NCBI GenBank assembly: GCA_965242725.1
Contig: CBDESZ010000026.1
Span: 32,001-96,000, forward strand
DNA from: Alkalispirochaeta sp.
GTDB taxonomy: Bacteria; Spirochaetota; Spirochaetia; DSM-27196; Alkalispirochaetaceae
Length of the DNA: 64,000 bases
Direction: 5' to 3'
The notes under the pieces are model-generated. The model was not told the DNA's origin and ran no database searches. It was given only the letters and a program-made list of their open reading frames with translations. The position numbers and the translations under genes are program-made. This document shows, piece by piece, positions 34,488 to 43,211 of this stretch (its first letter is position 1; the number at the start of each line of letters is the position of its first letter).

Positions 34488-35248
34488 AAATTCTCAGGGC
34501 AGTCGTGATTGACGACGAGAAGCCGGCGCGGGATCGGCTGCGGGCGATGCTGGAACGGGTGGATGCGGTTCGCGTTGTCGGGGAGGCGGTAAACGGCTCC
34601 GACGCGGTGGGGGTCATTCGGTCACTCAAACCGGACCTGATCTTTCTGGACGTCCACATGCCGCTGCTCAGCGGGTTTCAGGTGCTTGAGCAGCTTGAAT
34701 CTCCCCCGGCGGTGATATTCACCACCGCCTACGACGAATATGCGTTGCAGGCCTTTGACGTGCACGCCGTCGACTACCTCCTCAAGCCGTACAACAAGGA
34801 TCGCCTTGAAAAATCGGTCTCCCGGGCGTTGAGCCGGCTCGACACGGTCGGGACCGACGCCGGACTGGACTCCCTCATGGAAGAGTATCGGGAACAACAT
34901 CCCTACCTCGAGCGAATGACCATACGGTCCGGGAAGAGCTACCGGGTGGAAAAGGTGGAAGACGCCGAATGTTTCGTCGCTTCGGACGGACTCGTCTTTT
35001 TTGTGACGGAACGGGAACGGCTCTTTGTGGAAGGGACGCTGAAGCATCTGGAAAGTCGCCTCGATCCCCGCATCTTCATGCGCATCCATCGCAATGCCAT
35101 CGCCAATCTGTCCCGGGTGCGGCGGGTCATACCCCTGGGGAAGGGGCGTCTCGCCGTAGAGTTCCCTTCGGGCAGCAGACTCGACGTGGGGCGGACACGG
35201 ACGGACGCGTTTCGCCGGGCCTTTCAGCTGTCCCAGGGAGAAGGGTAG
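34484..35248 (+). CDS. LytTR-family response regulator
   Basis: VIDDE, FLDVHMP, FTTAY, LLKP; FMRIHR. Confidence 0.93.
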   Translation: MKILRAVVIDDEKPARDRLRAMLERVDAVRVVGEAVNGSDAVGVIRSLKPDLIFLDVHMPLLSGFQVLEQLESPPAVIFTTAYDEYALQAFDVHAVDYLLKPYNKDRLEKSVSRALSRLDTVGTDAGLDSLMEEYREQHPYLERMTIRSGKSYRVEKVEDAECFVASDGLVFFVTERERLFVEGTLKHLESRLDPRIFMRIHRNAIANLSRVRRVIPLGKGRLAVEFPSGSRLDVGRTRTDAFRRAFQLSQGEG

Positions 35249-35263
35249 TGGTGTCGTATCTCA

Positions 35264-35295
35264 TCGCCGTTCATCCCTAAAAAGTCGCCGTTCGT
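35264..35295 (+). promoter_or_regulatory. LytTR-type direct-repeat binding site upstream of dctP
   Basis: TCGCCGTTC at 35264-35272 and 35285-35293 (12-nt spacer, 21-nt period). Confidence 0.8.
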
Positions 35296-35367
35296 CTCTT
35301 TTTTGTTGCGGCCCTCCCATTTCCGGCGGATTATACCGTCACACAACCATTAAGGAGGGTTTCAGAA

Positions 35368-36399
35368 ATGAAACGTGTATTGATTTTACTGGTAGCGGTG
35401 GGCCTGATTCTGAGCACCGCGACGGCGATCTTCGCCTCTGGACAGAGCGAAGGCGCGGCGGCACAGGAGACCTACACAATTACCGCAGGTATCGGTCTCA
35501 ACGACAAATCGGCGCAATATCAGTCCCTCGAGTTCTTCAAGGAACTTGTGGAAGAGAACAGCGACGGTCGCATTACCGTTGAGCTCTATCACTCCAGCCA
35601 GCTCGGTGACGACCGGGAAATGATGGAAGCGCTCCAGCTGGGAACGCAGGAAATGACCTGCCCCTCAACCGCTCCGATCGCTCCCTTTGTCAACGGCTAC
35701 AAAGTATTCGACCTGCCCTTTATCTTCCCCAACGAAGGCGCAGCGGACTACGTTCTTGACAGCGAAATCGGCCAGGATCTCCTGGATCAGCTCTCCGAGA
35801 TCGGCATTAAAGGCCTCGTCTACTGGGAAAACGGCTTCCGCCAGCTGACCAACGACGTACGGCCCGTACGGACTCCCGCCGACGTGCAGGGACTCAAAGT
35901 TCGCACGATGGAGAACCCCATTCACCTCGCAGCGTGGGAAACGATGGGCGCAAACCCCACTCCCATGGCATTCGGCGAGCTCTTTTCCGCCCTTCAGCAG
36001 GACGTCGTGGACGGACAGGAAAACCCCTGGGGTACGATCTACCTTCAGAACTTTCCTGAAGTACAGCAGTACACCACCGACACCGGCCACGTTTACAGCC
36101 CCTTCGTGCTTATGATTGCACAGAAGTTCTGGGATGACCTTCCGGCGGACCTCCAGGACGTCGTAATGGACGCGGCAGTGCAGTCCCGCGATCACAACCG
36201 AAAGCTCAACCGGGAGCTCAATGCGCAGTATCTCGAGCAGCTGAAGGACGTGATGAACGTGACCATCCTCACCAATGAGGAAAAGATGGCCTTCCAGGAA
36301 GCGACCGCAGCGGTGTACGAGCAGTATTCCGCGGAGATCGGACGTGATCTGGTCAACGACGTTCGGGCCAAAGTGTCCGAATACATGGCGCAGAACTAA
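35368..36399 (+). CDS. dctP: TRAP transporter substrate-binding protein
   Basis: WENGFR, GLKVR, VDGQENP; SD AAGGAGG. Confidence 0.93.
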   Translation: MKRVLILLVAVGLILSTATAIFASGQSEGAAAQETYTITAGIGLNDKSAQYQSLEFFKELVEENSDGRITVELYHSSQLGDDREMMEALQLGTQEMTCPSTAPIAPFVNGYKVFDLPFIFPNEGAADYVLDSEIGQDLLDQLSEIGIKGLVYWENGFRQLTNDVRPVRTPADVQGLKVRTMENPIHLAAWETMGANPTPMAFGELFSALQQDVVDGQENPWGTIYLQNFPEVQQYTTDTGHVYSPFVLMIAQKFWDDLPADLQDVVMDAAVQSRDHNRKLNRELNAQYLEQLKDVMNVTILTNEEKMAFQEATAAVYEQYSAEIGRDLVNDVRAKVSEYMAQN

Positions 36400-36421
36400 G
36401 AGTCGGATCGCATATTGAAGC

Positions 36422-36453
36422 GGCCCGTCGACCTCGTCGACGGGCCCCTTTTT
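36422..36453 (+). terminator. stem-loop/terminator between dctP and dctQ
   Basis: GGCCCGTCGAC-CTC-GTCGACGGGCC then CCTTTTT. Confidence 0.7.
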
Positions 36454-36516
36454 ATGCTCCCGCATTGGCGTCCGACCATTGCGCCTTTTTATATCTATAG
36501 TATATTGGGAGTTACT

Positions 36517-37125
36517 ATGACTTTCCGTGACGTTCAATTGACAGTTGCCCGGCTCTTCAAGGCGCTGCTTATAGCCCTCGTGGTATTGATGTTTCTCGTT
36601 GTAGGCATGAACGTATTCAGCAGATACGTGCTGAACGCGTCCCTTGGCTGGGCCGACGAGCTCGCCCGGTTTCTCTTTATTTATGTCTCCCTCCTGGGAG
36701 CCGTTCTTGCCTATCACGACAACGACCACGTCGCGCTTGACATCGTCCTTTCCGGCATTCGTTCACCGAAGATCCTGAAAGTGATTCGTGTATTCGGGCA
36801 GCTACTCATCGTCGGTGCCCTTTATATCTTTACCCGGTACAGCTGGATCGTCGCCATTTCGGCACGGAACGTCAGTCCGGCGCTCTATATTCCCATGAGT
36901 ATCGTCTACGGCGTCATGCCGGTTACCGGTTTTGTCATGCTGATACAGGCGATACTGAAACTCCGCCCGATACTGAAGGGGGTACCCCTCGGGGAGGCCC
37001 ATACGGCGGAACGGGAGGCGCTGGAAGCGGCCGCCGGTCTGAAAGGCGAAGCGGAGGAGTTCAGTCGCTATCTCAAGGGCGACGAGAACGTTCGGTACGA
37101 CCGGACAGAAAAGGAAGGAAGGTAA
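36517..37125 (+). CDS. dctQ: TRAP transporter small permease
   Basis: WADELAR, HVALD, 4 TM segments. Confidence 0.88.
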   Translation: MTFRDVQLTVARLFKALLIALVVLMFLVVGMNVFSRYVLNASLGWADELARFLFIYVSLLGAVLAYHDNDHVALDIVLSGIRSPKILKVIRVFGQLLIVGALYIFTRYSWIVAISARNVSPALYIPMSIVYGVMPVTGFVMLIQAILKLRPILKGVPLGEAHTAEREALEAAAGLKGEAEEFSRYLKGDENVRYDRTEKEGR

Positions 37126-37131
37126 ACCGGC

Positions 37132-38409
37132 ATGCTGTGGCTATTTCTCGGAACACTCTTCGGCTTCATCGCCCTGGGTATACCCGTCGTATTCGCACTC
37201 ACCCTTTCCAACATCGCCCTGATCATGGCGCTGGACGTACCGTTTACCGTAATCGGAAACCGCCTCGCCTCGGGAATCAACAGTTTCCCCCTCCTGGCGA
37301 TACCGTTTTTCATGTTTGTCGGTGAAGTGATGAACAGGGGAGGCATCGCACGACGCCTTGTGGAACTTGCCGACGCCATCGTCGGACATATCACCGGCGG
37401 TCTGGGCCATGTAAACATCATGGCCAGCATGTTCTTCGGCGGAATCAGCGGATCGGCAATAGCCGACACCGCCGCAATCGGAGGACTGCTCATACCCCCG
37501 ATGGTACAGCAGAAATATCCCTCGCCGTACGCTGCGGCAGTTACCGCCTCGTCGGCGGTGATCGGTATCATCATTCCGCCGAGCATTCCCTTCATCCTCT
37601 ACGGCATCATCACCAATACATCCATTGCACGCATGTTTCTGGGGGGAATCATTCCCGGCATCATCGTCGGTGTCGCCCTGATGATCACCACCTATTTCAC
37701 GAGCAAGAAGCATGGATATGGTGTCGCCGCCGATGGACAGCGCTTCTCCTGGCATCGCCTCTGGAGAGCCTTCACCAACGTATGGCCCGCATTGAGTATC
37801 CCCTTCATCGTCGTCGGTGGAATCCTTCTGGGCGTATTTACCGCGACGGAAGCGGGAGCGATCGCCGCAGCGGCGTCTCTCCTGATGGGGCTCTTCCTCT
37901 ACAAGGAAATAAAGATATCGGATCTCCCGAAAATCCTGATCAATACCGCCAAGACGACGGGTGTCGTCCTTTTCCTCTGCGGAATGGCGATGGTGACGGC
38001 GTGGCTCCTGACGCGGGCACGGGTGCCCTTTGCCCTGGCGGATCTTCTCACGGGATTTTCCTCGTCACCTCTGGCGGTGCTGCTCATGGTGAACGTTCTG
38101 CTCTTCGCCGTCGGTTTCGTCATGGACCTCACCCCGGCGATGCTCATTCTCGCGCCGATACTCCTGCCCGTCATGGAAGCGGTGGGAATCGACCCGGTCT
38201 ACTTCGGCGTCATCATGTCCATCAACCTGGGAATCGGTCTGATCACACCGCCGGTGGGGACGGTGCTCTACGTGGCGTGCGGCGTGGCAAACATCAAACT
38301 GGAACAGCTTGTGCGCTCCCTCACGCCCTTTCTCGTCACTCTTCTCGCGGTGCTGGTGCTTCTCATCGCCTTCCCGCAGCTGGTAATGTTTATTCCAAAC
38401 TTGATGTAG
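37132..38409 (+). CDS. dctM: TRAP transporter large permease
   Basis: LLAIPFF, GISGSAIAD, IIPPSIP, ITPPVG. Confidence 0.93.
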   Translation: MLWLFLGTLFGFIALGIPVVFALTLSNIALIMALDVPFTVIGNRLASGINSFPLLAIPFFMFVGEVMNRGGIARRLVELADAIVGHITGGLGHVNIMASMFFGGISGSAIADTAAIGGLLIPPMVQQKYPSPYAAAVTASSAVIGIIIPPSIPFILYGIITNTSIARMFLGGIIPGIIVGVALMITTYFTSKKHGYGVAADGQRFSWHRLWRAFTNVWPALSIPFIVVGGILLGVFTATEAGAIAAAASLLMGLFLYKEIKISDLPKILINTAKTTGVVLFLCGMAMVTAWLLTRARVPFALADLLTGFSSSPLAVLLMVNVLLFAVGFVMDLTPAMLILAPILLPVMEAVGIDPVYFGVIMSINLGIGLITPPVGTVLYVACGVANIKLEQLVRSLTPFLVTLLAVLVLLIAFPQLVMFIPNLM

Positions 38410-38432
38410 CGATCACCTCCATCCGGAAGTGC

Positions 38433-38465
38433 AGGGCGGTCCCCACGGGGAGCGCCCTTTTTTTT
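38433..38465 (+). terminator. intrinsic terminator after dctM
   Basis: AGGGCGGTCCCC/GGGGAGCGCCCT hairpin plus T8. Confidence 0.8.
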
Positions 38466-38542
38466 GATTTTTCTGACCTCGAAGGCGCCGCCGCGCCATC
38501 GCGCCGCGCCGCCGTCATCGTCGACACGGTCGGCCGGCAGCC

Positions 38543-39325
38543 CTATACGGTTGCCTTGGTCGCTCCCGTGGAAATGCCGCCGTCAATGAGGAGCGTCTGC
38601 CCCGTCATGTAGGCACTCCCGTCGGAGGCGAGAAAAACGACCGCCCCGTCCAGATCGTCGGGCTTGCCGGGACGCTTCAGGGGAATGCGGTCGTTGAGAT
38701 AGGTGAGCCACTCCCTGTTTTCGTAAAGCACCTTGTTCTGTTCCGTCCGGAACCAACCGGGAGCGAGGCAGTTCACGGTGATGCCGTGGGGCCCCCAGTC
38801 GTCGGCAAGGCTCATGGTCATCTGTTTGACGCCGCCGCGGCTCGCGCAGTAGGGGGTGATGCCGGCGTACCCAAAGACGCTGGTCACCGACCCGATATTG
38901 ATGATGCGGCCGTAGCCCCGGGGAATCATCGTCTTTGCCACCTCCCGGGCGACAAAAAAGGAACCCCGCAGATTGGTGTCCAGAATGGTGTTCCAGTCAT
39001 CCCAGGTCACCTCTGTCGCGGGTTTGCGGATATTGAGGCCCGCGTTGTTCACGAGAATGTCGATCTTCCCGTAATGGTCCATCGCATCGGCGACCATGCG
39101 GACGATGCTCTCCTCGTCGCGGACATCAAGCTCGAGGGGGAGCGCGCGCCGCCCCATGCTCTCAATCTCCCGGACAAAATCCCCGAGGGCGTCGCGCCTC
39201 CTGCTCGTTACCACAAGATCCGCTCCCGCCCGCGCCAGGGCACGGCCAAAATACTGTCCCAGCCCTCTGCTGGCGCCGGTCACCACGGCAACCTTGCCGG
39301 TCAGGTCAAAAAGTTCAGTGCTCAT
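38543..39325 (-). CDS. SDR oxidoreductase, gluconate 5-dehydrogenase-like
   Basis: TGASRGLG, NNAG, YCASR, DGG. Confidence 0.85.
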   Translation of the reverse strand: MSTELFDLTGKVAVVTGASRGLGQYFGRALARAGADLVVTSRRRDALGDFVREIESMGRRALPLELDVRDEESIVRMVADAMDHYGKIDILVNNAGLNIRKPATEVTWDDWNTILDTNLRGSFFVAREVAKTMIPRGYGRIINIGSVTSVFGYAGITPYCASRGGVKQMTMSLADDWGPHGITVNCLAPGWFRTEQNKVLYENREWLTYLNDRIPLKRPGKPDDLDGAVVFLASDGSAYMTGQTLLIDGGISTGATKATV

Positions 39326-39375
39326 ATCGTTCCTCCTTTTTTTGGGGGCGGCCCCTACGCGGGTCGTCGCGCGCC

Positions 39376-39417
39376 GCCCCCTACTCGTCGCCCCCTACGC
39401 GTCGCCCCCTACGCGTC
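39376..39417. repeat. 3 x 14-bp tandem repeat GCCCCCTAC(G/T)CGTC
   Basis: units at 39376, 39390 and 39404; partial copy at 39351. Confidence 0.85.
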
Positions 39418-40521
39418 GGGCCGCAGAATGACCTTCATCAGGCCCTCTTTATTGTCATAGAGGCGCCGAAACCACTCGGCTCCCTCCGCCAGAGGCGCCT
39501 CGGCGCTCACCAGCGGGTCCAGCGCCACCGTGCCGGAGCGAATCAGCTCCAGGCACGCCGGATACTCCCCGGACGACGCGTTGGAACCCTTCACGGTAAT
39601 CTGTCGCGTCACCACAAGCTGCAGCGGCATCTCGACGGCGGCGGCAAAGTTGCCGATGATCGTCACCGCCCCGCCGCGCCGGACGGAGGTCACCGCCGTA
39701 TCGAAGGACTTCTGAATACCCACCACATCAAAGGCGTTGCGCACGCCCCGTCCCGCGCTCTCCCGGGCGACGACGGCGGACACATCATCCCGCACCGGAT
39801 TCACCACAGCCGACGCGCCCAGGGACGTTGCCAGCTCCAGCCTGCGATCGTCCAGGTCCACGGCGATAATGCGACCGTAGCCGCTCGCCCGCAGGACCTG
39901 AATCAGAAGAAGGCCGATCATCCCGGCTCCCACCACCACCGCCGAATCGCCCACATCATGGGGAGTGATACGCGCGGCGTGGACGGCGATCGACAGGGGC
40001 TCCACCATCGCGGCGTGTCGGTAGCTCACATCGTCGGGGAGGGGATAGACGCCCCGGGCGGGCACGGCGACGTACTCCGCAAAGGCGCCGTCCTGCCGGT
40101 ACTCATCGCAGCTCACGCCGAGAACGCGGCGGTTCTCGCAGAAATTGATCTCCCCCCGGCGGCAGTAAAAGCACTCCCCGCAGTAGAGGGTGGAGTCAAA
40201 GGTGACCCGCATGCCCGGCCGCAGCGCCGCTGCCCCGTCGTCGGACTGCGCCCTGTAGCCAGCTGCCGCCCCGTCGTCGGACTTTGACCCGCTTCCGCCG
40301 CCCGCGCGGGACCCGACCTTCACGATGTCGCCCGCCGCTTCGTGGCCCATAATGACCGGCGGAATCCGTCGTCCCGTACTGCCGTCAATGCCGTGAATGT
40401 CGCTCCCGCAGATCCCCACGGCCTTCACCGCGACGAGGACCTCGTCCTCACCGATCTCGGGGACCGGGGCGTCCTCAATGTATTCCAAATGATTGTATGC
40501 AACGAGTTTAAGGGCTTTCAC
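39409..40521 (-). CDS. Zn-dependent sugar/sugar-acid dehydrogenase (MDR family)
   Basis: GICGSD, GHE, CGECFYC..C, GAGMIG; GTG start after AAGGAG. Confidence 0.88.
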   Translation of the reverse strand: MKALKLVAYNHLEYIEDAPVPEIGEDEVLVAVKAVGICGSDIHGIDGSTGRRIPPVIMGHEAAGDIVKVGSRAGGGSGSKSDDGAAAGYRAQSDDGAAALRPGMRVTFDSTLYCGECFYCRRGEINFCENRRVLGVSCDEYRQDGAFAEYVAVPARGVYPLPDDVSYRHAAMVEPLSIAVHAARITPHDVGDSAVVVGAGMIGLLLIQVLRASGYGRIIAVDLDDRRLELATSLGASAVVNPVRDDVSAVVARESAGRGVRNAFDVVGIQKSFDTAVTSVRRGGAVTIIGNFAAAVEMPLQLVVTRQITVKGSNASSGEYPACLELIRSGTVALDPLVSAEAPLAEGAEWFRRLYDNKEGLMKVILRPDA

Positions 40522-40867
40522 GCCGACTCCTTCTGATTCGAAATATGGCTGACCTGCCGCCCCGATTCTGCCATGAAAACCCGCCGCCGCCAAGCAACAG
40601 CCCCCGGCACTTCAGGCTGTCCAATCTATATTTCTATTTTGAACTTGCGTTCTGCCGGGACTCCACTTCCGCCCACCGCCCAAGCCCGGATCGGGGGGCG
40701 GCGAAGGGCAATATCGAGCCGCCGCCTCACCACCGCCCCGCCGCCGCCCCAAACGGGCATACGAAAAACATAATAATATTAGTAATAAATAAAATAGGAA
40801 AAAACATGATATTATATACATACATCACAGATGAGCTCTCCGACACAATCTGTTCAAGGAGGGAAGA

Positions 40868-41626
40868 ATGAAAACATCAATCCTGCACATCACGCTGATA
40901 CTCGCGCTGATCGCCGTCGTGGTTCCGGCCAATGTAGTTGCCCAGGCCCCCGCGCAAGCCCGGTCCCCGGCCCTGGAACGGCCGCCTGCCGACCACTGGA
41001 GCACCCGCATCGCCGCCCCCGGCTATGGCTTCAGCTTCACCTCCGTCGAGGTCGAATACGGTGAAGACGACGAAACGGAAGTATACCTCATGCCCGGCAT
41101 CGACCTGCGCCACTTCAACGGCATCAACGTTACCGAATCGGGGCACTTCTACTTCGGATATGAAGTGGGCGTTGCCGCCAACTTCCTTGTCGGCAGCGGA
41201 TCGACAATGGACATCGTCGGGGAAGAATACGAGCTCAACAGCGCCATGGTCGCTACGCTCCTCCTCATGGGAAAACACGGTTACCACCGGGACATCGGCT
41301 CACCCGACAAGGGCCTCGGCTTCGGCGTGGAACTCGGTCTTGGCATCATGGGCGGCGCCGGCGACATCGAAATCGAAAACACCGACGGCGATACCTTCAG
41401 TCACACCACGGAGATCATCGGACCAGTCTTTGAAGCCGCCGGCGAGTTCTCGATACGCACGGACCGCGACCTGCGCCTCGTCTGCCGCCTCGGCCTCATG
41501 GCCGGCGCTCCTCTCATCGAGACGGACGATGGCGATACCGGCGTCGACTACTTCTCCGCCGCATCCGCCCCGGTCCGCGTCTCCCTGCGCTTCGGATTTG
41601 TCAGAGATTACGGCTGGGAGTACTGA
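40868..41626 (+). CDS. exported hypothetical protein, probable outer-membrane beta-barrel
   Basis: SD AAGGAGG, signal peptide, amphipathic beta-strand pattern, aromatic C-terminus. Confidence 0.6.
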   Translation: MKTSILHITLILALIAVVVPANVVAQAPAQARSPALERPPADHWSTRIAAPGYGFSFTSVEVEYGEDDETEVYLMPGIDLRHFNGINVTESGHFYFGYEVGVAANFLVGSGSTMDIVGEEYELNSAMVATLLLMGKHGYHRDIGSPDKGLGFGVELGLGIMGGAGDIEIENTDGDTFSHTTEIIGPVFEAAGEFSIRTDRDLRLVCRLGLMAGAPLIETDDGDTGVDYFSAASAPVRVSLRFGFVRDYGWEY

Positions 41627-41708
41627 AAAGAGCCATCGGCAGTACAACGATCATTATTCAGAGAAATGCGGAATTTTTGTAATGCAGAATTACGCATATT
41701 CTTCAGAT

Positions 41709-41942
41709 ATGAAAGTAACTCTTACCGTTACCGACAGGGGTTCGGTGACCCTCCCTGCGAGAATGCAGAAAGAGATGGGAATCGGAGCGGACTCGCTGCA
41801 TATCGCCGAGTCAACGGAAGAGGGAATACTCCTTCGGCCTGCCGTAGCCCTTCCGGTAGAGGTTTACACCCGGGATCGTCTCGAGGAGTTTGCGGCCGCA
41901 GAACGTGCCGTGGATGAATGGTACGGTGAGTCATCGCAGTAA
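41709..41942 (+). CDS. AbrB/MazE-like antitoxin
   Basis: VTDRGSVTLP..EEGILLRPA. Confidence 0.8.
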   Translation: MKVTLTVTDRGSVTLPARMQKEMGIGADSLHIAESTEEGILLRPAVALPVEVYTRDRLEEFAAAERAVDEWYGESSQ

Positions 41943-41945
41943 GTG

Positions 41946-42011
41946 ATGCGAATATTCGTGGATGCAAACATCCTTTTTTCCGCCGCATATGCCGACCTTC
42001 GTGCTATCTGA
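41946..42011 (+). pseudogene. truncated PIN-domain toxin (21 codons)
   Basis: MRIFVDANILFSAA directly after the antitoxin, then stop. Confidence 0.7.
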
Positions 42012-42476
42012 CCTTTGTGACCCCCATTCCCCTGGGAAGAGCCGGAAAAATGACGTCTTTTGTTCCATACCGGACTTCCGGCGGGTACCAGACATAGCAG
42101 GGTTTTCCATCGTGGCCGGGATCGATAAGGATCATCAGCAGCTCGGGATAGGTGATCATCTTGGAAAATGGTCCCGTCTCGCCCCGGTTCAAGATGTGTA
42201 TGGCATCCTCTTCCGATGTATGTTCCGGGAACTCCGTGCGGCCGTAAAAAGCGGCGACGTAGCGGACGGCGGCATACCGGGGAAATCTCGGCCTGGCCGC
42301 CTCGCGTTCAAAAAACTCCCGGTCCGCTTCAAGACACGTTTCAAACTCGTCCCATTTCACACCGATCGTTTCTGGATATTCCGCTGAATCCTGCCACCCA
42401 TTCCGACGTAAACCTGCCACCTTGGGAGGGTTTGCAACCTCGCGTCAGCCAGCATAGGGTGCCGGCAGGTTTGGCG

Positions 42477-43211
42477 TCAATCTGAAGTGCTCTTTCGGCG
42501 TCTACTCGCTCCTTTTAGTTCAAATATCCATGGTGTATGGGCAAGGCGATCCATGATCGCGTCGGCGATAGTTGGCTCTCCGATGATTTCGTGCCACGCG
42601 CCAATCGGCACCTGGCCGGTGATGATCGTACCGGCTTTGTTATACCGGTCGTCGAGTATCTCGAGAAGGGAGAGGCGGTCATCGGCGTTCAACGGGCTGA
42701 GTCCGAAGTCGTCGATGATGAGTAATCCGGTTTTGGCAAATCGCCTGATCTCGTCGAAGTAGCTCCCGTCGGCGCGCGCAAGCCGGAGCGTCGGAAACAA
42801 TTTGGTTGCCCGCACGTAGCGCGTAGATATCCCCCGGAGACACGCTTCATGACCGAAAGCACAAGCGAGGTAGCTTTTCCCGGCGCCGGTCGGTCCGGTA
42901 ATGAGCATGGTCTCGCCACGCTCAACCCATTCCATTGTGGAGAGATTGCTCACGGTATCCCGGTCGAGATTGCGTTCCGGGCTGAACTCAATGGCATCGA
43001 TCGCCGCGGGGATACGTAGACCGGCCTGACGGAGCAGCCGTTCGGTCTTTCGTGTTTTTCTGAGATTCAATTCCGCCTCGGCCATCTGGGCAACGAGCTC
43101 ACCGGTGGTCGGGGCACTATTCGGCCCAAGACGGGCCGAGGCTTCGTATACGTCGGCCATTGCAGAAAGTTTCAGCGTCCGCAGCGTTTCAACGGTTTGT
43201 AGACGGTTCAT
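42477..43211 (-). CDS. istB: IS21 helper ATPase
   Basis: GPTGAGKS, LIIDDFG, ADAIMDRL. Confidence 0.95.
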   Translation of the reverse strand: MNRLQTVETLRTLKLSAMADVYEASARLGPNSAPTTGELVAQMAEAELNLRKTRKTERLLRQAGLRIPAAIDAIEFSPERNLDRDTVSNLSTMEWVERGETMLITGPTGAGKSYLACAFGHEACLRGISTRYVRATKLFPTLRLARADGSYFDEIRRFAKTGLLIIDDFGLSPLNADDRLSLLEILDDRYNKAGTIITGQVPIGAWHEIIGEPTIADAIMDRLAHTPWIFELKGASRRRKSTSD

